Below are positions 12,701 through 24,600 of a stretch of 64,000 nt of DNA, in pieces. The position numbers were made by a program, and so were the translations under genes. How positions within the stretch are numbered: the stretch's first letter is position 1; every line of letters starts with the position of its first letter. The notes beneath the pieces are model-generated. The model had not been told where the DNA came from, ran no database searches, and saw only the letters and a program-made list of their open reading frames with translations. The DNA is from Bugula neritina (taxonomy: Eukaryota; Animalia; Bryozoa), in the NCBI GenBank assembly GCA_964035545.1, contig OZ037766.1:15242722-15306721 (forward strand). Direction: 5' to 3'.

Positions 12701-13701
12701 AGTGGTATGGTCATGTGCAGAGGAGAGATAGTGAAGAGGATATTAAATATATGACTGAGTTAAAAATAGAGGGGAAGAGAAAGAGAGGACGGCCCAAACG
12801 AAGATGGATGGACACGATAAGAGATGATATGAAGCGTTGGGGCCTTAAAGCAGAGGGTGCAGAAGACCGGGAAAGATGGCAGATGCTGCAGAAGACCGGG
12901 AAAGATGGCAGATGCTGATAGAGATTGGAAGCCTGCAGACCGGTCACCCGTACAGGACTACGACCGTATAGGTGTGAAAGGTTTGAAAGTACAATATAGG
13001 TATAGCACACAGCTTAGCAACAGACTTAGCTATTGTTAGAAAAGGTAATTTCCCTATTCAAAAATTTCCAGGGAAAGTATTTTATTAGCAACTAGTCGGT
13101 GTATATCCTAGTTTGGCATTGTCACCAAGCCTCAAGTATTTAAAAGTAATTACAATTTATGCAAACTATACTCTAATTTTGTCAACAAATTAAAAATAAA
13201 ACTATTATTGATGTAACTAGTTCATATGAACTTACCTGTGATATAATTATAACCACAATAAGCACATACATTGGCCAACTTATTGGTTTTAGGAGACCTT
13301 ACTCGCTCTTCACCACACTCAGGACATTGTAATACTTCAGAATGCTGCTGTGTGGTTATCGCCACTTGTTTTCCACAAAAGGAACAAAATTTGGGGTATT
13401 TTCCTGTTGAACTCTTTATAATATCCTCTCCGCAATGAGAACATTGGAGAGTTGGCACTTTCAAAACCTCAAAAGGGTTGGTTGGCTCATCACACTCAGG
13501 ACAATTTTTAGGATATTGGCCTTTCTTATTTTTCGACAGTTCCTCACCACAGTGAGGACATTTAACTACTTCCGCAGTTTGGACTTCAGGAACAGGCTCA
13601 TTACACTCTGGGCAAAATTTGGGATAAACCCCTTTTTTGTTTTTCCTTATGACGTCACCACATTTAGCATTGGGACAGTGTAGTTGCTCTTTGTCAGCCA
13701 T
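3203..13701 (-). CDS. RNF213: Gene B: 5' portion of an RNF213/mysterin-like paralog, continuing beyond the left edge. Exons ~13236-13701, 10941-11115, 10607-10722, 9360-9726, 8708-8769, 6515-8092, 6207-6269, 5951-6070, 5644-5721, 4801-5127, 4111-4153 (tentative), 3645-3776, 3203-3369
   Basis: GT-AG junctions join in frame. The last two exons (IPVTFKMVLS...; DDVWTGTW...VQYKYLIF...YEWL...ISRFL) match gene A exons 63381-63527 and 63122-63285 (LVTFKVFLS...; NGVWWANL...FSYKYAIY...FEWL...VNRYL) with identical intron phases 2/2/1. AAA and E3 parts are not visible, so the name is inferred from paralogy. Confidence 0.8.
6515..8092 (-). CDS. Gene B large low-complexity exon with YSGQPGTAPD decapeptide repeats
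   Basis: 558-aa ORF, phase-compatible splice sites, P/Q/S/G/H-rich. Confidence 0.85.
7050..7481 (-). repeat. Coding 30-bp tandem repeat, ~14 degenerate units
   Basis: Recurrent ggttgtccagaataatcaggggctgtgcca unit on + strand. Confidence 0.92.
9420..9535 (-). repeat. Coding 36-bp repeat x3 (EGPPTSDGLPVA)
   Basis: ccttcagcaacaggaagtc...cactagtggg repeated three times within exon 9360-9726. Confidence 0.85.
11485..12988 (+). mobile_element. 5'-truncated, decayed RTE-type LINE (RT and C-terminus) with 11-bp TSD; antisense in gene B intron
   Basis: GKAAGPDE, NYRGLKLL, QYGFQPG, FVDLEKAYD, GLHQGSALS, LFADD, RLQWYGHV, RGRPKRRW; stops and frameshifts. Short-repeat tail ggtgtgaaaggtttgaaa. TSD gtacaatatag at 11474-11484 and 12989-12999. 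Confidence 0.93.
13236..13701 (-). CDS. Gene B first coding exon: four tandem CxxC...CxxC zinc ribbons (double-zinc-ribbon-like)
   Basis: CPNAKC..CPEC, CPHC..CPEC, CSHC..CSFC, CPEC..CAYC. Acceptor ctgtag just upstream of the ATG; donor gtaagt. Confidence 0.88.
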
Positions 13702-13948
13702 TATAGTGAAGCTACAGAGAAATATCAACTAATAAAAGTCAACTTCTTAAACAAAGCCAACTGTGCATAAAAAGAATTAAGCATTAAAAATCATTTGTTA
13801 GAGGAAACTGCATATGTTTGAATATTAAATACAGCAAGCTACGCTTGTAAAATATAGGCAGAATGTAAATTCCGCAACTCTTTGCCTGGATAAATGGAAT
13901 TAGGAGAATAAATATGGAGAGTACACAAGAACATATTCCATAAATACT

Positions 13949-14381
13949 ATAACTGAGTCATTTTACTTAATTGAGTACACACTGGAAATCTCAAGTTTTT
14001 AGCTATTTTTCACAATTTAGCTGCTAATGAACATGGGTTTTTACCCAAAACTAGTAGAATATGAATGAACACACTTAAATAATCAAGGTTCTTCTTAATT
14101 TTGCTTGATTTCCCATGTTTTTTCCTAATTATTCGGCTACTTTTGATTGCAGAGTGTTATGAAAAAACCAAAACTCTCCGAAATCAAAAGTAGCTGAATA
14201 ATTAGCAAAAAACATGGGAAACCAAGCAAAATTAAGGAGAACCTAGATTATTTAAGTGTGTTCATTCATATTTTACTAGTTTTGGGCAAAAACCCATGTT
14301 CATTAGCAGCTAAATTGTAAAAAATAGCTCAAAACTGGAGATTTCCAGTGTGTACTAAATTAAGAAAAATGACCCAACTAT
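13949..14381. mobile_element. Foldback/MITE-like element: ~205-bp imperfect inverted arms with short spacer
   Basis: gtacacactggaaatctc...aacatgggtttttacccaaaactagt... mirrored by ...actagttttgggcaaaaacccatgtt...gagatttccagtgtgtac. Confidence 0.85.
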
Positions 14382-15339
14382 GCCCCTTTGTGTAGCATAC
14401 CTCAGCTGAGACTGGAAGTCACATTGAATGATTGATCATGTAAGTCACATTGTAATCTAAAAAAACAAACACCAGGTAAAATGTAATATATTGACACCAC
14501 TGATCTTAAATATTGCATGAATTGTTTCATAAATTGTAGTAAACATTGAAAATTTAAAATTAGACAACCCAGTCATTTCGAGAATGTTTAAACTATATAA
14601 CATCAGCTTAACAACATACAACCATGCAAAAAATAAGTTGAAAACATGTTTAAAATAGATGTATGCAATGCCCAGCTATCAAAATGTTATCCCTTGACAA
14701 GATTTCTTAGATTATTTACTATTACTCATTGGCCACAAATTGCAGAAAAACTTCTTCCAGAAGTTTGAAGTGGTTTCAAGAACAAAAAAAGTATCACTGA
14801 CATGGTATTTGTTCTATGAAAAATACAGTAAAGGTGCTGTGAGAAATACAACATTCTTGTCAACCTCACTAAAGCAACGAGCATTGTAAATAGAGAAGCT
14901 TTATCAAAACTTCTGAAGCATCTTGGTTTCCATCTCAAATTTTTACCTATGGTTATGCGTCAGTCCACATCTGGAACTCACCGGAGGAGGACCCACTATA
15001 GATACTTAAACATTCACTTCTCAACAAAGATTCTCATACATACTTGACAAGACACTCTTTGCTTCTCTATTAAATCAGACGGAGTTATGTTCTCCACTGA
15101 TTTAGTTCCAAACCCATTAAATTATCACAACAGTTACCAAGAGTAAGATTTTAACATAACTCACAAGTCATCAGATATAACTTTACTATAACTTAAAAGT
15201 TGAAGCACAATAAATAAGTCAAATTGATATCTATAATCAATAAATCAAAATCATAATGATAATCACATAATCCTAATTATAATAATCATATTGATATTCA
15301 TAATGATAATCATAATGTCAAACATAACAGTTCATAAAT

Positions 15340-15960
15340 TAAAATTGACAGTTTGCGTTTCACTTTGAGTAACACTTAATAACCTAATAGTAGTAGTTCA
15401 CTAGTTGCTACTAGTACTAGTAGTACTGGTAGTAGTACTAGTAGGAACCAAGTCACTAACAGTAACTAAGAGTAAGAGTAACTGTAAGTACAGGTACTAA
15501 CAGTAACAGTAAAACCAACAGTAACACTGACAAATAACTAGGGTTTAGGTATTTTAGCTACTCAAATTACCATATACGTTTTACTAAAGCTAAATGTATA
15601 GAGTTTAATACAAATGACTTGAAATTTTAATTCGAATTGCAATTCAATTTTGAGTTTCTTAGCACGCCATTAATTTCTTCAACATTCTAGCGTAAAATAA
15701 GTGGGACTATTTTGGGTAAGCGCTGTGCAGATATGGCAGTTTCGATTCTCCAGACGACTAGACTGTGCTTTCAAAAACGAATACGTGGACACCAATATAA
15801 CAATTTCTATATCAGAATATTCTTTGAAAGCGTATCGAGTTGAAGATCTCGAACTATAAAATGATCGGAGCTGGGGAATTCCCGTATTTTCAATCACCTG
15901 ATGTAAAGATAGCGAGCGGTATTACGTTGCGTCACTTTAGCGAAAGACAACTCTCACGCT
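15340..15960 (-). promoter_or_regulatory. Putative promoter/5' region of gene B with NF-kB and IRF/ISRE-like motifs
   Basis: Local CpG enrichment. GGGAATTCCC at 15874-15883, CAGTTTCGATTC at 15737-15748, gtttgcgtttcacttt at 15351-15366. TSS not determinable. Confidence 0.5.
15385..15535. repeat. Low-complexity tag/agtaac short repeats
   Basis: tagtagtag and agtaacagtaa runs. Confidence 0.6.
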
Positions 15961-16431
15961 AACAGATGAGGCAGATTAATAGAAAACATTTTTTTCTCAT
16001 TTGTACATGTATTTATTACAAATGGAAGAATTAATGTTTTCGTTGTTGCTAATAGCAATTTAAGCTATACTACATTTAGGTGTTATCTGATCAAATAAGT
16101 CAAAAAATGTATATCTGGTATAAATAATTGCTAACTAAAGATTATTAACATAAATATCACGATAACAACATTTTTTATTTAATAAGTTAATAGCCTGGAC
16201 CACCATTTTATATACAATGCTCTAAATTTATGCTCAGCAATGACATTCAGTGATTGAGCACTTTAGCCATGGTCACAAACTCAAGCTGCTAGCATTTTGC
16301 AAGGCTCGTGACTCCTAGATGACCCCTAGAGTCACTTGAGCACTCTGGTTTGAGTTTACACACCTTTTAAAGACACTTTAGTACAAACCTAAGTTTCTAC
16401 TCTTGCTAAGGTGTAAACCATGGTGCTCTGT

Positions 16432-16478
16432 TCTGTGCTGAAGAGGGGACAAATCCCAAAACAGCTGCTGTACACAGA
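16432..16478 (+). ncRNA. Degenerate type I hammerhead ribozyme, likely relic of a second Penelope pLTR
   Basis: tctgtg-CTGAAGA-ggggacaaatccc-AAAA-cagctgctg-TA-cacaga: 6-bp stem I, stems II and III present, GAAA box reads AAAA; followed by (TA)n. Confidence 0.7.
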
Positions 16479-16621
16479 TTGGGTATATATATATATATAT
16501 ATATGTAGTTTCTATAATTAAAAATGAATCAAAAGAACTCAATATTTCGAAAAATAGAGTATTTATATTTGGTACTAATACAATTTTGGATATAAAAATA
16601 AACTTAGATCTTCATTCTATT

Positions 16622-16666
16622 GACTACAATATTGTTTCACGTAGTGCGAGCTACGATCATCAGGTC
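16622..16666 (-). ncRNA. Inverted copy of the Penelope hammerhead ribozyme
   Basis: Reverse complement of 17640-17684. Confidence 0.85.
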
Positions 16667-17639
16667 GTTGTGTGTACGCTTGAGTGATTTTGTTTTGAAA
16701 TTAGTATTGTTAGTGTATTACTACGCTGGAATGTTTTAACTAGCGTCTGTTAAGTGCGCAAGTAAAAATTTGCGTTTATGTCTACACGTGGTGGAAAGCT
16801 CTTTTCGTTTGTTGAGGGAAGATAATTCCGGTTGTTTTAAAAATTATATACTTCTCATAGTTGCATAAATTACATCTATTGGTTAGGTTTGAGTATGATT
16901 TGCAAATCTTTAAAATATTCCATTTTAAGCTGAATTTCGTTTTGTTGTCTTTTAAATTCCAGATGTGTCTGCTGAGTTGCGTGCTGTTAGCTTTATCTGC
17001 ATGTAGGAAAGAGGCTTTGTGGTTATTGAATCTGGTTTTGAAGGTAGTCGAACAGAGTCCTATGTATCGAACCATCACAAACTTAAAACCGCACACACCC
17101 CTACTACCGCTACTAAACTAAATGACACACAATGTAACTGCAAACAACCTTCCCACTGTCCACTAAATGGTAAATGCTTATACAAAGACGTAATATACCA
17201 AGCAACTGTAACAAGACAGGACAATAATTCCAGCCATTCATACATAGGACTCTGTTCGACTACCTTCAAAACCAGATTCAATAACCACAAAGCCTCTTTC
17301 CTACATGCAGATAAAGCTAACAGCACGCAACTCAGCAGACACATCTGGAATTTAAAAGACAACAAAACGAAATTCAGCTTAAAATGGAATATTTTAAAGA
17401 TTTGCAAATCATACTCAAACCTAACCAATAGATGTAATTTATGCAACTATGAGAAGTATATAATTTTAAAACAACCGGAATTATCTTCCCTCAACAAACG
17501 AAAAGAGCTTTCCACCACGTGTAGACATAAACGCAAATTTTTACTTGCGCACTTAACAGACGCTAGTTAAAACATTCCAGCGTAGTAATACACTAACAAT
17601 ACTAATTTCAAAACAAAATCACTCAAGCGTACACACAAC

Positions 17640-17684
17640 GACCTGATGATCGTAGCTCGCACTACGTGAAACAATATTGTAGTC
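17640..17684 (+). ncRNA. Minimal type I hammerhead ribozyme in Penelope pLTR
   Basis: gac-CTGATGA-tcgtagctcgcactacgt-GAAA-caatattg-TA-gtc; palindromic stem III (acaatattgt); predicted cleavage after GUA at 17681. Confidence 0.85.
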
Positions 17685-17734
17685 AATAGAATGAAGATCT
17701 AAGTTTATTTTTATATCCAAAATTGTATTAGTAC

Positions 17735-17867
<133 letters not shown>

Positions 17868-18695
17868 CTTTTTCTGCATAACTGTGTTTTCCTTTAGTAC
17901 ATAATAACATTTATGGCATATTATCTGAGTCACAACTATTGTATGTTATACAGGTTTTTCTGTTTGGCTTAGATTTTATAGTCTAGAGCGTTTCAAGTGC
18001 TACGAAATGTTTTTTGCCTGATAATGCATGCGTATATAATATTTACTGTGCTTAAAGTTCAGCTAACTGTGTGTGTATTACTGTTTCTGATTATAATGTC
18101 AAGAGTCGGCATTAATGTAACAAAGTTGGTGTTATACTGCAGTTGAAATGAATAGACAGATTTAAATAAAAAATTATCTATTAAACTGACTGTCCTAATT
18201 TATGTTTCATCAAATACTCCAATAGCAAAGGAATTTTGTAGGACTTGACCAAGATTACCAAGGACAGGCCAGTAAAGCCAATTTGCAGACTACTATACAG
18301 TTACAGTAGCATTAGCAGCATAACTCACAACTGAAAATAGGTCACACCAATAGATAGTAATTTGACTCTCTAGATGTATATTATAATTTGAAATAAAATA
18401 CAAAAAAACTATAGCAGTATATAAAAATATTGAGTTTGTTGACAAAAATATATTATACAGGTTATTAGGCAAAAATTTGAATTTTCAATTTTGTTTATGA
18501 AGCAACAACCATATAAAAATTCCATTGTATACTCAAAGCTTAAAAATAACATTGCATGCAGAGGCTAGCTTTACTTATGAATGGCTAATTGAAAACAATA
18601 AATCACGAGTGGCATAAATTGATTGTATTAAGCATGTCCATATTTTAAAGTGTAACTCAGCACTTCTAAATCATTTTTAATCATTCACTCTATTA

Positions 18696-21600
18696 TTACC
18701 CCAAGGGAGGAGCAACAGAAAATCGTCTCCAAATGTGACACCATGTTTTAGCTGCATGTTTAACCATCAAGTCTTCAGGTAAAGTTGGTAATTCATTAAC
18801 AAGTTGATAAGATTCCGCTTCATCATAGTTACTTCTATACATTATGAATTCCTGAAGAGCTTCTTCTAACCTACAAATAGTAATAATAATAAAATTATAT
18901 ATCTATAAATTGGTTACATGCCTTAGCGTATACTCTAGTGTATTTATAGAATACTTACGCTCTGTCGGGCTGCTCAGCTTCCTGGTTAATGGCAGCTTTA
19001 TTTAGTCTGAGAATGATGTAGGCAAACAGTTCTCTAAGAAGAAGCCTAGTTTTAGGACTTTCAAACACACAGCACTTGTTTAGTTGTGTCGGAAGGGGTT
19101 CAGTCAGAGCTTCTGTGTTCTGTGGATCAATTCCACCAAATGGCTCCTACATTAGAAGTGAAAAATATAAAACAAATAACATAAAAATCTGTATATTATC
19201 ACGGAATACTATCGCACATCATAACATATTACCTAATAACTATTATTTAATAATGAGAAATATAGAGTTTTCAATGTAAGAATTTACACATTCAACGGTT
19301 TTAAAAACACTAACTCATCAAGCCTGTGTTTTACTTAGATCAAACTCTGAATTACTGGCAGCTTTATATCTTTTCATGCATATCTGCCAAATAACTAGGC
19401 CTACATGTGAATATATGAAATAACATGAAGCTGGTGATAGTTTAACAAGTCAATCTGTCAATCTGACCAAAAGATCAGTAGCATATTCACAAAAACAATT
19501 ATACCTGCTTCTGCTTCATAACCAGTTCTGCATGAGATACTTAAAATAACATGAACCTGGTGATAATATTGAAAATAAGTCCGACCACAAAATCTGCGGC
19601 ATAGCCATTACACCAACTATACCTGTTTCTGCTTCATAAGCAGGTCTGTCTGTGCGTACTTCAACAGCAGCCAAACATGTTTGACGTGTTTAATTCCGAT
19701 TTCCTGTGACAAGTACTCCGGCTCTCGACCAAATGTTTCCTTCATGTACTCAGCCAATGAATCCTCTCCTCCGATGTGTGTTTTGAGTGACAGGAAGTTT
19801 ATGATGACTTCCAGTTCTTTTAGTTTGCTTTTCAGATTTGCCACACGGTAAGGCAACAGTCGAACCACAGACTGTGTCTGAGTTGCGGTGAGATTTTTCT
19901 ACATTAAAAAAGAGCATGTGATAAAACAGAAAATTGGATATAAATTTATAGAAATAATAAAAATAGAAAAAGAAAAACTGCCTTTAATTTAAAAAAGACA
20001 TGACAAATTTAAAATTCAAGCAAGTTAAATGTCACCTAACACAACTAAATGACACATCACGAATACCTATCTGTCACCTAATGTAACTGAGTGACATATG
20101 CCAAATACCTATCTAACTGACAACCAATACAACAGAGTGACATGTGTCAAATACCTACCTGACTGTCATTGATTGTCTGCATCTGATTGTGGAGATTAAA
20201 ATCTTCTTGATAGACATAAAATGGCAGCTGATCTCTGCTGAACTCGATCCTTGGTTTGTTACTGATATATCTGTGTATTACTTCTCTCTCTATAGCTGGC
20301 CAGTTGTATGTAACAGAAGTTGTCTCCCTTAACTCATATTCACTGTGAGACTGTATGAGGTTGAGAAGCTCATCTCCACTAGACAAACTGACGATATCAG
20401 TTTCCCGTATGTCAAAGATTCGAACCGATTGCCTGTAAAACATAAATATATAACAATGTACTGCACTTGTTGGATATTCCACATTTTACGCAGAGAAAGT
20501 TTATTTGCCTAATCAAAATAGAGTCACGCTCCAACAAAAACTTATGTTGGTAACTAAATGCAAATGTTTAAAGTTTAAATTTCAAAAGTTAGATATAAAC
20601 TATTTATTTTTATAAACTAATAAAAGGGTCATAGAATTATCAAATAGTGTTGACAATACCCTGATCTATATATGCTATGTTGCGCATGATGCCAATTTAT
20701 AAAACACACGCAATATTTAATGACCTTAAAGGCGTGTATTTCTTATTAAAATTATAGTTTTCATCACCAAAAGTAGTTTATTTTATGCAGCCTTTAAAAA
20801 CAGAAAATTAAATCAAATCGAACATTACAGCAGAGAAAATCCAGATACACGCTAAGTTGATCAAGTGTTGGCATCTTCTTGTAGCACACTGATTCTCATC
20901 GTAATATTTAATAGCTTTGTGCTAAATGTGTATAAAAATAAACCGAAATAAAAATGACTAGATAGAATAGAGAGTCATTATCTAACACTAAACAACTAAC
21001 CTGTTACTTTCAATAAACGTGGAGTTCGCTGCTTCACCAACTATCCAATTGTGAACACGAACAAGAGATTCAATTAATTCATAAGGGGCGGTACCAACAG
21101 CTGCCTGACTTTGTTTACTTCTGGTAGCATATTGATCAACCAGAAATTCAGCAATTAGAGACTGGGAGCTCATTTCTAGTAGAACAGAGTTATCCCCCAC
21201 TGTATAAGACAGTTATTGTGAATACAACAATTTAACTATTAAGCAAAATATTTTTTCAACAAGTCTGTTTTTAAAAAAATAGGTTTCACTTGTCAGCTTC
21301 TTATGCCACCCACAATCCCTCACACACCTATATACAAGCACCATTAGAGGGCTACTATTTCAGCTTCTCAAGCGTTTATATAATTAGGTTGCCAAGTATG
21401 TGTTCATAGATTGTCAAGAAGAAATAGTTATACAATCAAACTTTATGCTTTAGAATAAATTCCATTTTGTTAAGCAAAAATTTAATGCAAAAACAAAATG
21501 ATCATTGGTACGATTTATTAATAAAAAACTAAAATAAATAAATTGAATACCGATAACAAAGACTCACCCCTCAATTTATATGAAACCATGTAGTTCCAAG

Positions 21601-24600
21601 CTGAGACAAAGCTACCAACTAAACCTTCCAAAAATGGCACTTCGTTCTTTTGCAGATGACAAAAGTGACCTATCCGAATTTTCTCAGCGTATTTTCTAGT
21701 CAGTTTACCATGAAACTGTGTATTCAGTATCTTGAGTAACCGCAGAATGTCTGGCAAATGTTGAACTGCTACAAATGCTTCACTAGACTCAACAAATGCC
21801 TTGAGAGATGAACATTCCTATAAAACACAAAAACAGTACAATTTCAGTTCTTTGAGCTGAAACCGCAAAAAAGTATTTTACAACTGTGTCTGTCTTCATT
21901 TCATGATACTATAAATACCTGCACATTGCTGAGGTGGTTTTGAACCATTGCCAGAGAAAGTGGACGTCTGAAACCCCACAGACCAGGCGAGGATGATACA
22001 TTGGAATTGTCTGCTGGTTGTTGTGCTGGAGAGAGAAGTCATCTGAGATCAACAGTATCAGCAGTTCTCAGTCTACCCCTCACATCCTCTATTCTCTGAG
22101 TCTAAAGATACGAACATCACAGATTCTTCAAACAAATCACTGAAATTATTACTTGATGGTCATAGATTGTCTGAGTTTATGATCTTCACAAGTTCAAACA
22201 AAATCTGTAATGAACTTGATTGTAAACACTCCTATAGTTTGTACTGAGTAACAGTAAGATTAGTAACAATATTTCCTTTAGTTAAATCACAAACATTAGT
22301 GATTCACATCTTCAACTTTTTGACTATTTAAATGAAGTCTCGAACATTGAAAATGGGAGCTGTTAAAAAGTATTTTAGGTAAAACTTTGTACCAGTATTT
22401 CAAAAACATGACTGAGCATAACAACAAATATGCATATAATCAATTTACATAACGAAAACCTTTCTTTCTGTGTAATTACAACACTTAGACCCCCCAGTAA
22501 AGATATTTTTTATCATAAAATTTAAACTTATACTCTTTGCAATTTTCGGAAAGCGTCCCAACCTGATGAATGGTAAAACACAACTATATGAGTGAAGTAG
22601 TGAAATCTTTAAGTGAACTAAATAAAGTCATGACATTCACAGTGTATCAGAAAAATATGAAGAAAAAATATAAATAATATAACCTACATCATAATTACAC
22701 ATGAATTATTTTAAACCGACATATCGAATATTGAGGACCAGTTACATCAATTCTGAGTACTTCTGAAAGCCAACATGAGTGACATTGGTGTATGTGATGC
22801 AACAATTTTGCTGATCTAGCACAGGAATAACTTAGCTGTAAGCTACCACAACTTCTCAATAGTTTTTTATTATAAATAAAACATCATCATAGCAATACTG
22901 GGTCTTTGAATAAGATTGATGGGAAACATTATATAACATTCAAGTTTTTATGGTAAATATACATCAGCTTTATGAGTAGGAGGCACTTGAAACATAGGGA
23001 TGTCAGTTAGATTGATTAACATTTAATTAAGGTTTAATACTCTTGATGTTAAAGATACAGCAGGTATGTTTCCCCACCTGGTTACGAATAGTAGGCTGAA
23101 TATAAACATTATCAAAAGTTTTCTCCCATTGTTTTCGTAGTTGAATAGAATCGAGTGTTTGATCAGCTCCACCTTGATTAGCTAGAAACAAAAGCTTATG
23201 ATTACTGGAGAAGCCTAAGCAATACTGCTAAACACCATCTTGGCAGGAGAGTGTAATGCCATGAGTATTGTATATTATTCATGTATTCTCCATGTTAGCC
23301 TTGCTGTAAATAGTTTAGAGTTAAAGAGCATGCTCAACAATATTCACTATACTTACAAACCTTAGTTAACCTTTGTGTGCATTTAACTACTGACATGTTC
23401 TACTATATTTGCATGAAGTATTTTAATGTTTACGAAACGTTGTACTATATGTCTACCATATTTTAACATATGTTTTTTTTTATATCTCATGTAAAAACAT
23501 TTAGCAGTTAAGCTCACAATAACAGCAAAATGTGTTGACCTGAAACAACTGGGCAAATGTTTATATTCAAACTAAAATAGAATTAAAAATTGAGATCACT
23601 ATACAGAAGCGATGAATAAGTGCAAACTTAAAAACAAAACATATACAACACACATTGTCAATGAAAAAAACATTCAAGTCAAGCTTCTCCCCAATTAGCT
23701 AATTAAAATGGCGACTGCAATTTTAAATTGTAAGTAAACAGGCCTAACTTTAACTGATATGGGTCATAGGCTACAATAAACAGTTGTTTGGTTTTTATAT
23801 CACATCATAGAAGAATTAGAACAATTTGAGTGACTAAAAAATCTAAGGAAATTTATTGGCCCCAAAGAACATTATGTTATAGCTAATAGTATGGAGTGCC
23901 AAATTATAGATCTAAACTGAAATTAAAACTATGAACAGAATAAGAGCATGAGTTTAAATAGAAAGAGTGGGTTAATTATGGGCTACTATACTACAAACTA
24001 GGTGCTATGAACGCAGAACAAAATCAAAGACCAGATTCCTACAGACCATGTTTTATCCTGTTGATTACATCATGAAGTAGTAGAATACAATCATCTGTAC
24101 TCTCAGCACAACACTGAGCAATCTGTTGTAAGTCTAACTGTATGTGAGCATCTATGAATGGTCGAACTTCCTCTACTCTTGCTAAGTTTGGGCGAATCAT
24201 TTGATATACCTGAGTTATACAAAGATAACTGTATGTTGAACAGACTAGCTGTGTACATACTTAATAGTAAGTGTAAACTGTAGGTTAATAATAGAATATA
24301 TTAAACAGATATGACTTACATGCTGGATGTTGAACAGACTAGCTGTGTACATACTCAGATGAGTCAAACACCTCAACACAGCACAGGAAAGAGAATTCAA
24401 GTCTCTCTCAGGGGCAGCAGCTCGGTTTCTACCGTCTGCCGTGCCGAGTATATGACCCGGTTGAGTTCTGGCAGCTCTGCACAACACACAAGTAAAAACG
24501 CTGCATCTACTTCATCACCGTAAAGAAATTGTGCATTTCACAATTTCATATTTTATATAGATCTTCGTACTTGAAACAAAACATATATCAACCAAGCAAG

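Noticed and set aside
17019-17570. Stand-alone host GIY-YIG nuclease gene
   Set aside because: 5'-truncated Penelope ORF; the apparent start comes from the inversion junction.
22039-22041. Selenocysteine recoding of the TGA
   Set aside because: Position is not a conserved Cys and I recognised no SECIS; CGA>TGA is simpler.
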